64,000 bases of DNA from a virus. How positions within the stretch are numbered: the first letter of the stretch is position 1; every line of letters starts with the position of its first letter. Made by a program: the position numbers and the translations under genes. The notes below the pieces were generated by a model. The model made no database searches. It saw only the letters and a program-made list of their open reading frames with translations, and was not told the origin of the DNA. The stretch spans positions 9,386 through 73,385 of the IMG/VR virus record IMGVR_UViG_3300025645_000055. One strand, 5' to 3'. Shown here one piece after another: positions 24,539 through 34,979 of this stretch.

Positions 24539-26200
24539 ATGGAAACATTAGAACTAAATAAACAAGGGGTTAAGACAGTTACCTTACCCAAGCGTAAGAT
24601 AGCAGACGTACCTAGACTATTATGGGCAGATGCCTATACTGCTGGGTCAAATAAGTTTCAATCGGCTAAAGCTAAACAAGAATCTGTTTACTATGTCACA
24701 TTCCGTAGACAACTATCTACTGTTAATCCACTCTTATATAATGTGGGTGATGATAGAATTATCTTCGGTGGTCTACAACGACTATTAGAGAAGATTTTCT
24801 ATGAACCAGTAACACATAAAGAGATTGATGATGCTAAGGAATTTCTTTCTACATTCAAAGCCACAACATTAGGTTATGCAGAATATGAGTTTCCAGAGGA
24901 AATGTGGAGAACAGTTGTAGACGAATATAACGGTAGACCACCAATCCTTATTAAAGGGATGCCAGAGGGTTCTGTTGTATATCCTAATGAACCAGTTGTA
25001 CAAGTTACATCAATGGTTGATGGTATGGGTGAATTAGCAGCTTGGTTTGAATCTACCATCCTTAAGGTATGGGCAGTTTCAGAACGTATCACACAGAACG
25101 AACATTGGATTACAAAACTTAAAGGTATGATTCATGGAATTGAACCAGATTTAGATGATGAATCTGTTCACTTTCAAGCATCACTTATGCTTACCGATTT
25201 CGGTGACAGAGGTGGTATAACACCAGAAGAATCAGAAGAATTAGGTATGGCTCACTTATATACGTTCCCAGGTACAGACACATGTTCTGGGGCATATCAA
25301 GCTTGGTATAATGCTAATAAAACACCAGTGGGTAGTAGTGTTAATGCACTTGCCCATAGAAACGTACAAGCATATAAATTAGAAAATGATGTTTATGAAG
25401 CGATTTATAACTCATGTAAAGATAACGAAATCATTTCGATGGTTGCCGATTGTTACGATTTCTACTATGCAGTAAGAGAATACTTATTACCACTAGCACT
25501 CCGTAGTATCAAAGAAGAAAATGGAAAGGTTGTAGTGGGTAGACCAGACTCTGGAAATGCAGTAGAACAAGTCCTATGGCTTTGTAGACTAGCTAAGAGA
25601 TATGGTTTATATACCACAAAGGTAATTGATGGTGTTGAGTGGTACTTCGGTACAACACTTAAGTTCATCGAGGGTGATGGAATGAAATATGATACAATGT
25701 GGGAAATCATTCAAGCATTAGAAAAAGAAGGATTTGCACCACACGGTTGGGGATTATTTGGCGTAGGTGGTGGACTAAGAAATGGTATCAAAAGAGATAA
25801 CCTTTCTGCTAAATACGCACTATGTTCAATGGGTTACGACCACGTTGGTGTTACAAAGTTCTCTGAAACACTAGGTAAAACTACTTTACCTGGACCTTTC
25901 AAAGTTTTAAGAAGTGCCGAAGCATTACATAATAAAGAAACCATAGTGTTTGATACTGAAAAAGGAGAAGATGCAATGGTGGTTTACTATGATGGTTCTA
26001 ATATATACAAACCATTTGGTGAGGGTCAAGATGATGACTTCTTAGTTATTAGAGCAAGGATTAGAGAACAGTGGGATAGTATGCCACTTAATCTAACATC
26101 TGATACTAATCATAATTATCCAGCTAGTAAAGCAATACTTGCAAAACGTATTGAATTACTTAAGGAATATGCACCTAATAAACACGCTAAAAACTACTAA
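24539..26200 (+). CDS. nadV: Nicotinamide phosphoribosyltransferase (Nampt/NadV)
   Basis: ADAY, DFGDRG, GTDT, VADCYD, RPDSG, EGDG, FGVGGGL. Confidence 0.9.
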   Translation: METLELNKQGVKTVTLPKRKIADVPRLLWADAYTAGSNKFQSAKAKQESVYYVTFRRQLSTVNPLLYNVGDDRIIFGGLQRLLEKIFYEPVTHKEIDDAKEFLSTFKATTLGYAEYEFPEEMWRTVVDEYNGRPPILIKGMPEGSVVYPNEPVVQVTSMVDGMGELAAWFESTILKVWAVSERITQNEHWITKLKGMIHGIEPDLDDESVHFQASLMLTDFGDRGGITPEESEELGMAHLYTFPGTDTCSGAYQAWYNANKTPVGSSVNALAHRNVQAYKLENDVYEAIYNSCKDNEIISMVADCYDFYYAVREYLLPLALRSIKEENGKVVVGRPDSGNAVEQVLWLCRLAKRYGLYTTKVIDGVEWYFGTTLKFIEGDGMKYDTMWEIIQALEKEGFAPHGWGLFGVGGGLRNGIKRDNLSAKYALCSMGYDHVGVTKFSETLGKTTLPGPFKVLRSAEALHNKETIVFDTEKGEDAMVVYYDGSNIYKPFGEGQDDDFLVIRARIREQWDSMPLNLTSDTNHNYPASKAILAKRIELLKEYAPNKHAKNY

Positions 26201-26201
26201 G

Positions 26202-26441
26202 ATGAATTTAACAGATTTATTAAAAGATAAGGTCGTATTGTATATGACCGATGCGTTGGTTGAGGTAGAACTCACCATTAAAACGGCTGAGGAAGTAAAA
26301 CACTCAAGAGACTTAGAACCCTCAACAAGAGAGAACGATTGGTGGCCTGCCTCTGAGTCTTGGAGAACAGTAAGTGTTGTATTTACTAATGGATTTAGGA
26401 AGTCTTATGGTAGCCTATCAGAAATTAAATTAAAAGAGTAA
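26202..26441 (+). CDS. Hypothetical protein
   Basis: Start moved to MNLTD. Confidence 0.65.
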   Translation: MNLTDLLKDKVVLYMTDALVEVELTIKTAEEVKHSRDLEPSTRENDWWPASESWRTVSVVFTNGFRKSYGSLSEIKLKE

Positions 26442-26445
26442 AATT

Positions 26446-26772
26446 ATGGAAAGAAAGATAAGTGAAACACCCAACAAGTGGGTTATATTAGGATTACCAG
26501 ATAACCATTATAAAGTTTATGGAACTTGGGCTGGTGGTTATTTGGATGGTGATAGATGGAAATTAAATTCTGGAATAAAAGAGGTTGAACAAGATGATGA
26601 CTTCTATTATTTTATTGGATATAGTGGAAGTTGTTATAAATGCGATAAAAAAGGATATGGTGTGATGACATCCTTTGGTCATGATGTTTTAGATAAGATG
26701 ATAGGATTAGCAAAAGGACAAGTTGAAGTACTTGATGATGTTGATGATTGGGCAGAACACATAAAAGAATAG
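26446..26772 (+). CDS. Hypothetical phage protein
   Basis: WAGGYLDGDRWKLNSGI motif familiar from phage proteins. Confidence 0.75.
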   Translation: MERKISETPNKWVILGLPDNHYKVYGTWAGGYLDGDRWKLNSGIKEVEQDDDFYYFIGYSGSCYKCDKKGYGVMTSFGHDVLDKMIGLAKGQVEVLDDVDDWAEHIKE

Positions 26773-27063
26773 TCGAAAAAGGGTTAACAGTAGACTTTAA
26801 AGACACAAACCAGTAACCTTGCGGGGCATATGTCCCCAATACACCAAACCCTAAGCATATGTAGTGGGTGAGAAAGCTGTTAGGTGTCATTTTTAAATAA
26901 AAAATTATGGAAATTAAACCACTAGATTTAACATTACAACAATGGGTTAAAGACCATATAGAGTTTAGAGAATTCCTAGAGAAAAAGATGCGTGAGTATT
27001 GTATGTCTGAATTAAAGATAGATAAGTCTAGGTTTGGTGAAAAATAATTAGTATCTTTGTATT

Positions 27064-27300
27064 ATGGAAACAGAAGAAATTTATAAAAAAGCATATAGTA
27101 GATATATCTCACCATCTATGTATGATAAGATGTTTAGTAATGGGTGGCGTTTTCAAGAGTTCCCATTCGGTGGAGGAAATAAAGATATTATACTTGCTAG
27201 AATTGAAGAATTATTGATAACTAAACAAGTTAAATGTGGTTATATGGCTACGTCAATACGAGGATATCATAACTACTATTATATATACAAAAAGAAATAA
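27064..27300 (+). CDS. Hypothetical protein
   Basis: Follows promoter tatctttg. Confidence 0.65.
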   Translation: METEEIYKKAYSRYISPSMYDKMFSNGWRFQEFPFGGGNKDIILARIEELLITKQVKCGYMATSIRGYHNYYYIYKKK

Positions 27301-27303
27301 AAT

Positions 27304-27525
27304 ATGGAAATAATAGGTTATATAATCAATTTCATTGTTTTTGGGGTATTAATCCTTGCATGGATTGCTATGTGGACACATGATGATTCACGAATGACCG
27401 ATGAACAACTCTATGGTATGAGTGCCGAAGAGTACTCCCGTAAGATGATGGGTGATGAAACCTATGAAAAATATTTAAATCAAGGTAAAGATGAAAAGAG
27501 TTTGGAGAAACCTAAGTCGGAGTAA
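27304..27525 (+). CDS. Small membrane protein
   Basis: N-terminal TM. Confidence 0.6.
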   Translation: MEIIGYIINFIVFGVLILAWIAMWTHDDSRMTDEQLYGMSAEEYSRKMMGDETYEKYLNQGKDEKSLEKPKSE

Positions 27526-27709
27526 ACCACCAGTAAATGAAGAGGTCGAACTACAACATATGATTGTGGGTATCGGTGCACCAGAACGTGAGGGTTGGTT
27601 TAGCACTGGTAGGATGAGAGAGAGTGGTACATATAGTATATTACAAAATAAAAGTGGAACTGTAGATTACAGACCACCAACCCATTGGAGAGCAATTAAA
27701 ACAGATTAA
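27491..27709 (+). CDS. DUF551-like phage protein
   Basis: W....KPP...PTHWR pattern. Confidence 0.55.
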   Translation: MKRVWRNLSRSKPPVNEEVELQHMIVGIGAPEREGWFSTGRMRESGTYSILQNKSGTVDYRPPTHWRAIKTD

Positions 27710-27710
27710 G

Positions 27711-28493
27711 ATGAAAAACGATTTAGGAAAACGAATGAAAGAGAACTACGAGTATAGGACTAAATCCTATATTCCTAGACGAACATATACAATAATTAGA
27801 TTAGATGGTAAAGCTTTTCACACCTTTACAAAAGGGTTTGAAAGACCATATGATACTAAGTTAATGGATGCAATGAATTATGCAACCAAGATGCTTTGTG
27901 AGAATGTACAAGGTTGTAAGTTGGGTTATACACAGTCTGATGAAATTAGTTTATTATTAACTGATTTTGATAAGATTGGTACTGATGCTTATTTAGATGG
28001 TGCTATTCAAAAGATAGTATCAATTACTGCATCTATGGCTACGGCATACTTCAATAGATACATGCTTGAAAATGATATTACTGCTAAATTGGCTTTCTTC
28101 GATAGTCGAGTGTTTAGTATTCCAGAAGCAACTGAAGTTGAAAACTATTTCATTTGGCGACAAGAGGATTGTGTTAGAAACTCAATTAGTATGACTGCAC
28201 AGTCACTTTATAGTCACAAAGAACTACACGGTGTTAACACATCTGGTATGCAAGATTTATGTATGGAGAAGGGTGTTAATTGGAACGACCAACCCGATGG
28301 GTTTAAAAGGGGTCGTATGATTGTTAAAGAGCAATATGAAATCCAAGCATTTGACCTGGAGACTAGTGGTTTAGATAACAACCATAGACCAATTAATGTT
28401 GGTACTGCAATCAGAAATAGGTGGGCTATCAAACCAGCTACTTGGATTCTAAGAGATAGAGAAGAGTTTAGCGATTTAATACCAAAACGATAA
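27711..28493 (+). CDS. tRNA(His) guanylyltransferase Thg1-like protein
   Basis: RLDGKAFHTFT, YTQSDEISL, FDSRVF, YFIWRQEDCVRNS. Confidence 0.95.
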   Translation: MKNDLGKRMKENYEYRTKSYIPRRTYTIIRLDGKAFHTFTKGFERPYDTKLMDAMNYATKMLCENVQGCKLGYTQSDEISLLLTDFDKIGTDAYLDGAIQKIVSITASMATAYFNRYMLENDITAKLAFFDSRVFSIPEATEVENYFIWRQEDCVRNSISMTAQSLYSHKELHGVNTSGMQDLCMEKGVNWNDQPDGFKRGRMIVKEQYEIQAFDLETSGLDNNHRPINVGTAIRNRWAIKPATWILRDREEFSDLIPKR

Positions 28494-29380
28494 TGAATGT
28501 ATTATCACTTTTCGATGGATTATCTGGTGGACAGATAGCATTACGTAACTTGGGTATTACACCCACTAATTACTATGCATCTGAAATAGACAAGTTCGCT
28601 ATCAAGGTTACCCAACATAATTTTCCAAATACTATACAGCTTGGTGACATCACAAATATAGGTGTTGCCAAGCCTTTTATGGATTCTTGGATATATGATA
28701 AAACCACCATGGAAAAACTTCATAATATAGGTGGTGGTATCGATTTACTAATGGGTGGAAGCCCTTGCCAATCATTTAGTAAGGCTGGTGATGGCACTGG
28801 TTTTGATGGTAAGAGTAAGTTATTCTGGGAATACCTAAGAATACTTAAAGAGGTGAAACCTAAATACTTCTTACTAGAGAATGTAGTAATGAAAAAGGAG
28901 TGGGAAGATGTTATAACAGAGGCAATGGGTGTTGAACCCATCATGATTAACTCTAATCTTGTAAGTGCTCAAAATAGAAAACGATTATTCTGGACTAATA
29001 TACCAAATGTAGAACAACCAGAAGATAGGGGTATCCTACTTAAAGACATTCTTGAGGACGATGCAGACCCTAAGTATGCTATTAGTGATTCTAAGATAGA
29101 TAGAGTACTAAACTCTCAATGGGGTAAAGGTTTCTTCTATGATAAGTCACATGATAAGATTGGAACTGCAATTGCTGGTTATCATAAACTACCAACAGAT
29201 GGTACATACATTGACCTGGGTTACCCAAGGAAGATAACACCAACAGAATTTGAAAAATTACAGACTGTACCAGTGGGATATACTGATTGTGTGAGTGATA
29301 CACAACGCTATGCTATGGTGGGTAATGGGTGGACAATTGATGTTATAAGTCATATCTTAAAAAATATGGAATTGGGTTGA
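28493..29380 (+). CDS. DNA cytosine-5 methyltransferase
   Basis: LSLFDG, GSPCQ, ENV, QNRKR, GNGW. Confidence 0.95.
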   Translation: MNVLSLFDGLSGGQIALRNLGITPTNYYASEIDKFAIKVTQHNFPNTIQLGDITNIGVAKPFMDSWIYDKTTMEKLHNIGGGIDLLMGGSPCQSFSKAGDGTGFDGKSKLFWEYLRILKEVKPKYFLLENVVMKKEWEDVITEAMGVEPIMINSNLVSAQNRKRLFWTNIPNVEQPEDRGILLKDILEDDADPKYAISDSKIDRVLNSQWGKGFFYDKSHDKIGTAIAGYHKLPTDGTYIDLGYPRKITPTEFEKLQTVPVGYTDCVSDTQRYAMVGNGWTIDVISHILKNMELG

Positions 29381-29422
29381 TTAATTCAATTAATAGAACT
29401 ATATTTGTTTAAACAACAAAAT

Positions 29423-30337
29423 ATGAATGTATTATCACTATTTGATGGGATGTCTTGTGGACAGATTGCGTTAGAAAGAATAGGAGTAAAAGTAGACAAT
29501 TATTATTCAAGTGAGATTGATAAGCATGCTTTGAAAGTTACCGAAAAGAATTACCCAAATACAATACAAGTGGGTGATGTAAAAGAATTAAAGGGTAGTG
29601 ATTTACCTAAGATTGATTTAATGATGGGTGGAAGCCCATGTCAAGGGTTTAGCTTTAGTGGTAAACAATTGAATTTCGATGACCCAAGGAGTAAGTTGTT
29701 CTTTGAATTTGTTAGATTAATAGATGAAATCAAACCTAAATACTTCTTACTAGAGAATGTGGTGATGAAGCAAGAGTTTCAAGATGTGATAACAGAAGCA
29801 TTAGGTGTTGAACCTATTATGATTAATTCTCAATTGGTAAGTGCTCATCATAGAAAGAGGTTGTATTGGACTAACATTCCAAATATAGAGCAACCAGAAG
29901 ATAAGGGTATTGGTTTAATAGATATACTTGAGGATGATGAAATGATAGGACCCTCAGCGATTAGAGGTCGAAGACTTAACAAGGCAACAATACTTGGTAG
30001 AAGACTAAATGAACGTGGTAAGAGGGATGATTATAATAAAGAGATACCTATTACCCAATGTCTTGAAGTAAGGGCATCAAATAGGACTAAATCAAACTGT
30101 TTAACAACAGTTGCCAAAGATAATGTATTAACAACAATGCCGATTGGGAGACACCCAGATGCGTTTAAAAAGGGTTTACCCTTTAGATATTATACAATAA
30201 AAGAATATTGCAGACTACAAACAGTGCCAGATGATTATTTTGAAGGTGTTGCAAGTGAAAATCAAGCCAGAAAAATGATTGGTAATGGTTGGACTGTAGA
30301 TGTAATAGGACACATATTAAAAAACATGGAATTATGA
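29423..30337 (+). CDS. DNA cytosine-5 methyltransferase (paralog)
   Basis: LSLFDG, GSPCQ, ENV, GNGW; start moved to 29423. Confidence 0.95.
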   Translation: MNVLSLFDGMSCGQIALERIGVKVDNYYSSEIDKHALKVTEKNYPNTIQVGDVKELKGSDLPKIDLMMGGSPCQGFSFSGKQLNFDDPRSKLFFEFVRLIDEIKPKYFLLENVVMKQEFQDVITEALGVEPIMINSQLVSAHHRKRLYWTNIPNIEQPEDKGIGLIDILEDDEMIGPSAIRGRRLNKATILGRRLNERGKRDDYNKEIPITQCLEVRASNRTKSNCLTTVAKDNVLTTMPIGRHPDAFKKGLPFRYYTIKEYCRLQTVPDDYFEGVASENQARKMIGNGWTVDVIGHILKNMEL

Positions 30338-30816
30338 TTAATGATAAATCAGTATTTTTCTGGGGTGGTATCTGTAGCCAATGGTATCCTTCGGATTTTG
30401 AAATAAACGAAGAAAAATTTACATCTGCTGAACAGTATATGATGTATAAGAAAGCATTACTATTTGAAGATGAAGAAGTAGCCAATGCAATAATGAGAAC
30501 CAACAACCCTAAAGACCAAAAAGCTTTAGGTAGAAAAGTGAGGGGATTTGATAAAGATGTATGGGAAGAAGTATGTCGTGAGTATGTTTACGAAGGTAAT
30601 TATGCTAAATTCACACAAAACCCAGAGTTACTTGAAGAATTACTTAGCTATGGCGATAGAGAGATAGTAGAAGCTAGTCCAGAAGACCCAATTTGGGGTA
30701 TTGGACTACATGAAAACGATAAAAGAGTCCTTGATAAAGAACAATGGTTAGGAACTAACTGGTTGGGTGAGGCAATAATGAGAGTGAGAGACGAATTAAA
30801 CGCACATAAACCATAA
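30334..30816 (+). CDS. NADAR (YbiA-like) protein
   Basis: SQWY, AEQYMM, KALGRKVRGF, KFTQN, EASPEDPIWGIG, NWLGEAIM. Confidence 0.95.
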   Translation: MINDKSVFFWGGICSQWYPSDFEINEEKFTSAEQYMMYKKALLFEDEEVANAIMRTNNPKDQKALGRKVRGFDKDVWEEVCREYVYEGNYAKFTQNPELLEELLSYGDREIVEASPEDPIWGIGLHENDKRVLDKEQWLGTNWLGEAIMRVRDELNAHKP

Positions 30817-30819
30817 GAT

Positions 30820-31176
30820 ATGAAACCAATACCATTTAAAGAACAAACAAACGTAGCAGCCGAAACACAAGATGAATATGGTGACTTACCATTTCTTGAT
30901 ATGAAGGGTAAAACGGGTACAATAGTATCTTGTTGGGGATTATCCGAAGAAGAAATAGCAGAGGTTGTTAAGACTGGTAAGATATGGGTTGGGTTAATGT
31001 GTTTTGGTAACCCATTAACACCAAGCCTTTTGACCGTTAATAAAACGGATTTATTTGAAACAACAACCATACCATGTACCTCTTGTGGTATTAACGATGT
31101 TGAAGGAATTGTTAATATGGTTGAGGATAACCTGGTTAATGAAAAAGAATGTAAAGATTGTGATAGTGTAAAATAA
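30820..31176 (+). CDS. Hypothetical phage protein
   Basis: MKPIPF..VSCW..GKIW. Confidence 0.7.
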   Translation: MKPIPFKEQTNVAAETQDEYGDLPFLDMKGKTGTIVSCWGLSEEEIAEVVKTGKIWVGLMCFGNPLTPSLLTVNKTDLFETTTIPCTSCGINDVEGIVNMVEDNLVNEKECKDCDSVK

Positions 31177-31181
31177 AGATT

Positions 31182-31850
31182 ATGGAACAAAAACCTAAAG
31201 ACAACTTCAGATTTAACTTTGGTGGGTTACCACCAAACAAGATATGGTTCACATCAGACCCACACTTTTTTCATACTAACATCATTAAATATACCGATAG
31301 ACCATTTGATAATGTTGGTGAAATGAATATGGCGTTGGTTAGAAATTGGAATAATACGGTTAAAGATGATGACCTTATATTTTGCCTTGGGGATTTTGCC
31401 TTGGGGAAGAATCAAGAATGTAACGACCTACTTCAAGTATTAAATGGTCAGAAGGTTTTAATCATTGGTAATCATGAAAGAACGATTATGAAACACCCAG
31501 CAAATAGAGATATGTTTGATGGTGGTATCTATGAAAGACTAGAGATTAAGGTTAATGATGATGAGGTTTCAGATAACTTTCAACACTTAACACTTTCACA
31601 TTACCCAATGATTACTTGGAATCATTCACATAGGGGTTCTTGGCAACTATTTGGACACGTACATGGTGTTTTGGATGGTAACCCTAAGTTATCACCAAAC
31701 CAATTAGATGTAGGTGTTGATTCACATAACTTCACCCCCATTTCTTATCAAACAGTTAAGGAATTAATAACCATAGAAAATATAAATAGGGTTAAAATAA
31801 CAAGAGTGAATAACCACAATAAAGATGATAATAGTAACAGTAACCGATGA
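31182..31850 (+). CDS. Calcineurin-like metallophosphoesterase
   Basis: SDPHFFH, LGDF, GNHE, HYP, GHVH. Confidence 0.92.
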   Translation: MEQKPKDNFRFNFGGLPPNKIWFTSDPHFFHTNIIKYTDRPFDNVGEMNMALVRNWNNTVKDDDLIFCLGDFALGKNQECNDLLQVLNGQKVLIIGNHERTIMKHPANRDMFDGGIYERLEIKVNDDEVSDNFQHLTLSHYPMITWNHSHRGSWQLFGHVHGVLDGNPKLSPNQLDVGVDSHNFTPISYQTVKELITIENINRVKITRVNNHNKDDNSNSNR

Positions 31851-32325
31851 ACAAAGAGAAAGGGCGAGTAAGCTTTATGATTTTGAAGCATTAAATAATA
31901 GTATTACAAAGGGAGAGGGCAACGTTGTCGGCTCAATAGGTGAAATAGTCGTTTGTGATTATTTTGATGGTACACAAGCCAACACATATGATTATGATAT
32001 AATCTTAAATAATAAAAAGATAGATGTTAAAACTAAAAAATATCAGAGTCATTTAGTACCACATATGGGTTGGAACTTAAACATACCAGTGTTTAACACA
32101 ACTCAAGAGTGTGACCACTATTGTTTTGTTGTTGTATCTGATGACTTAAAAAAGGCTTGTATATTTGGTTTCATTAAAAAAGAAAACTTTTATAAAAGGG
32201 CAGTGTTAGGTAAGAAAGGTGAAGTAGACCCAAATGGTAATGGTGTGTGGAAGTTTAGGTCAGACTGTTATAATCTATCACCAAAAGAATTAAAGTTACC
32301 TAAAAAAATTGAACAAAATGGATAA
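31825..32325 (+). CDS. PD-(D/E)XK-like nuclease-fold protein
   Basis: GE..YDYDI..IDVKTK. Confidence 0.6.
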   Translation: MIIVTVTDEQRERASKLYDFEALNNSITKGEGNVVGSIGEIVVCDYFDGTQANTYDYDIILNNKKIDVKTKKYQSHLVPHMGWNLNIPVFNTTQECDHYCFVVVSDDLKKACIFGFIKKENFYKRAVLGKKGEVDPNGNGVWKFRSDCYNLSPKELKLPKKIEQNG

Positions 32326-32764
32326 TTTAACAAAATGGGATAAGAAGTTTATTAGTCTGGTGGCGGAAGTAGCCTCTTGGTCTAAGGACACTAATAGGCA
32401 AGTAGGGTGTGTTATCGTAAATGATGATAAAGATGTACTTACACAAGGTTATAATGGTTTCCCAAGGGGTTCAGATGACGACAAAGACCCTAGACGTTAT
32501 GAGAAACCAGCGAAATACATGTGGACTGAACACGCAGAACGAAATGCGATATATAATGCAGCTAGGTCTGGGACAATATTAAAGGGTGGAACACTCTATT
32601 GTAGTTTCTTCCCTTGTGTTGATTGTTGTAGGGCTACGATTCAAGTAGGGATAAAAAAAGTATATGCACCTAAACCAGATTTAAATCATAAAACATGGGG
32701 TGATGGGTGGATAGAAGGTATCATCATGTTAAAAGAATGTGGTGTTGAAATAATTTGGATATAA
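32318..32764 (+). CDS. dCMP deaminase
   Basis: GYNGFPRG, HAERNAI, PCVDC. Confidence 0.95.
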   Translation: MDNLTKWDKKFISLVAEVASWSKDTNRQVGCVIVNDDKDVLTQGYNGFPRGSDDDKDPRRYEKPAKYMWTEHAERNAIYNAARSGTILKGGTLYCSFFPCVDCCRATIQVGIKKVYAPKPDLNHKTWGDGWIEGIIMLKECGVEIIWI

Positions 32765-32774
32765 AAAATTAATT

Positions 32775-32960
32775 ATGAGTGAAAAAAAAATGATATTATT
32801 AGGTGTTGCCAATGAAGGGGAACAGAACTTTGAATTAGCACTTGTTAAAGAGTGGGTAATCAATAAAACTACCTTGGTTGGTAATACTGTGTTCTTCGAA
32901 GTAGATGGCACATATTTTTCAGTAGATAGACAAAAATTTGATAACATAATAACAAAATAA
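32775..32960 (+). CDS. Hypothetical protein
   Basis: ORF in gene run. Confidence 0.55.
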   Translation: MSEKKMILLGVANEGEQNFELALVKEWVINKTTLVGNTVFFEVDGTYFSVDRQKFDNIITK

Positions 32961-32961
32961 T

Positions 32962-33381
32962 ATGGTATTACGAGCAATTAAAAACGCCTTTAAATTAAAG
33001 GAAAACAGAGGTTGGGATAGAATATACTTTGCAATTGATTTACATAGTACGGTGGTTAAACCAAACTACAGTACTGATTCAATTCCAACAGAGTTCTACC
33101 CACACTCAAAAGAGGTGTTACAAGCACTAACTAAGCGTGATGATATCGCACTTATTATGTGGACTTGTTCACACCCACACGAAATAGTTAAATACGTTAA
33201 GTTCTTCAAGGACATGGATATTGTATTTGACCATATAAATAAAAATCCAGAAGTTAAAACCGATGTTAATGGTTATGGTAACTATGATGATAAGCCTTAT
33301 ATGAGTGCAATCATTGATGATAAAGCTGGGTTTGATGCCGACACCGAATGGGAAGGTATAAAAGAATATTTTGAATTATGA
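32962..33381 (+). CDS. HAD-superfamily-like phosphatase
   Basis: FAIDLHST, MWT, KP..IIDDKAGF. Confidence 0.65.
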   Translation: MVLRAIKNAFKLKENRGWDRIYFAIDLHSTVVKPNYSTDSIPTEFYPHSKEVLQALTKRDDIALIMWTCSHPHEIVKYVKFFKDMDIVFDHINKNPEVKTDVNGYGNYDDKPYMSAIIDDKAGFDADTEWEGIKEYFEL

Positions 33382-33575
33382 AAAAATTTGTATTAACAAC
33401 AAAGAGTGAAAGTGGTGACGATTATATTTATTTAATCGAACACAAAAAACAACCCACTATGAAAGAATTAGATAAATTCTTAATGATTAACGGTTGTGAT
33501 ATGGATGAAGAAAGGACATATGAAGATGTCGTACATCTAGAAGAAATAAAAGAATTTGAAACAATACCATCATGA
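33378..33575 (+). CDS. Hypothetical protein
   Basis: Coupled ORF. Confidence 0.6.
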   Translation: MKKFVLTTKSESGDDYIYLIEHKKQPTMKELDKFLMINGCDMDEERTYEDVVHLEEIKEFETIPS

Positions 33576-34282
33576 AAAAAATAGTAGTATTTACGGGAGC
33601 TGGTGTATCAGCCGAATCGGATATCTCAACATATAGAGACATCACAGATGGTCTTTGGTATAACTATAAGGTTGAAGAAGTTGCAACCATTGAAGGTTGG
33701 AAGGCCGATAAAGAAAAGGTGTTGGAATTTCATAACATGCTTAGGGGTAAATTACATGATAAGAAACCTAACTTAGCACATACCTTAATTGGTGACCTGG
33801 AAGATGATTTTGAGGTAACAGTCATCACCCAAAATGTAGATGAACTACATGAAAAGGGTGGTTCTAAAAATGTACTTCATATCCACGGTGAGTTAATGAA
33901 GTGTAAAAGTAGTGTTGACCCAAGCTTATTTTATGATGCTAGGGGAAGTATCAATATAGGTGATAAGTGTGTTAAGGGGTCACAGTTAAGACCCGCCACT
34001 GTATTATTTGGTGAGTTCCCATACTTTATGCCAGAATCAATAAAAGCTTTAAAGAGATGTGATATCTTGATTATTGTTGGTACTGGGTTTGACATTCAAT
34101 ATACCACTGGTATGATTACTGAGGTTAAACAAAGTTGTAAAATATACTACGTAGACCCACAACCAGCTAAGTTTTTGGAGTCATATCCAAATTTGGGTGG
34201 TCGAATTAACTATGTTGAAAAACCAGCAACCACGGGGGTTCAAGAGGTGTTTGATGAAATATATGAAAAATTTGTAGGATAA
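33572..34282 (+). CDS. Sir2/CobB NAD-dependent deacylase
   Basis: TGAGVSAES, TQNVDELHE, HIHGEL, LRP..VLFGE. Confidence 0.93.
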   Translation: MKKIVVFTGAGVSAESDISTYRDITDGLWYNYKVEEVATIEGWKADKEKVLEFHNMLRGKLHDKKPNLAHTLIGDLEDDFEVTVITQNVDELHEKGGSKNVLHIHGELMKCKSSVDPSLFYDARGSINIGDKCVKGSQLRPATVLFGEFPYFMPESIKALKRCDILIIVGTGFDIQYTTGMITEVKQSCKIYYVDPQPAKFLESYPNLGGRINYVEKPATTGVQEVFDEIYEKFVG

Positions 34283-34331
34283 TAGAATTATTATTTGTAT
34301 ATTTGTAATCAACAATTTAAAATATAGTATT

Positions 34332-34865
34332 ATGAAGCGATTAATTTTTATTATGGTGATGCTTATCACCTTTACAAGTCAAGCACAATTTAACTGGTTC
34401 GAGTGGAATCAAGATGAAGAATTTCTTTTAAATGTTTGGGTTGACCCCACATTTACAGATAAGGGTGAACAGTATGGTATTGGAGTCACCAAAGAACTTG
34501 GTGGTGGATGGGTATCTGCTGAAATCTCTTATTATGGAGCATTAGAACCTTATTACTTAGATTTGGTTGGTAGTGGTGGTGCAAACTTTCATTTATTTAG
34601 AAATGATGCAGTTAAATACTATGTAGGTGGTAGACTTGGTTGGATACATCGTGGAGATGGATATTCACCACACGCACTTATGGGTGTTACTGGTGGGTTT
34701 GATATAAAGATTAATGATATTATACGTGGCTTTCCCGATGTACGACTTGGGTTGAGGTATTGGGGTGATTTTAGAACCGACCAACACGAAGATTTCTTAG
34801 GTGGTACAGATGATAACCAATGGCGAGATAACGTTGGTGGTGTGGTAACATTTCCACTCAATTAA
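34332..34865 (+). CDS. Secreted outer-membrane beta-barrel-like protein
   Basis: Signal peptide ending SQAQ; Gly/aromatic amphipathic strands. Confidence 0.55.
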   Translation: MKRLIFIMVMLITFTSQAQFNWFEWNQDEEFLLNVWVDPTFTDKGEQYGIGVTKELGGGWVSAEISYYGALEPYYLDLVGSGGANFHLFRNDAVKYYVGGRLGWIHRGDGYSPHALMGVTGGFDIKINDIIRGFPDVRLGLRYWGDFRTDQHEDFLGGTDDNQWRDNVGGVVTFPLN

Positions 34866-34979
34866 GATGAGAGATACAACAGATGGTAAAGTAATTATAA
34901 ACAGTGATGATTGCTTTGGTCAATTAGGTACATTAACACACCTTAAAGATGGTGAAAAATTCACATTAAGACAATAGTT

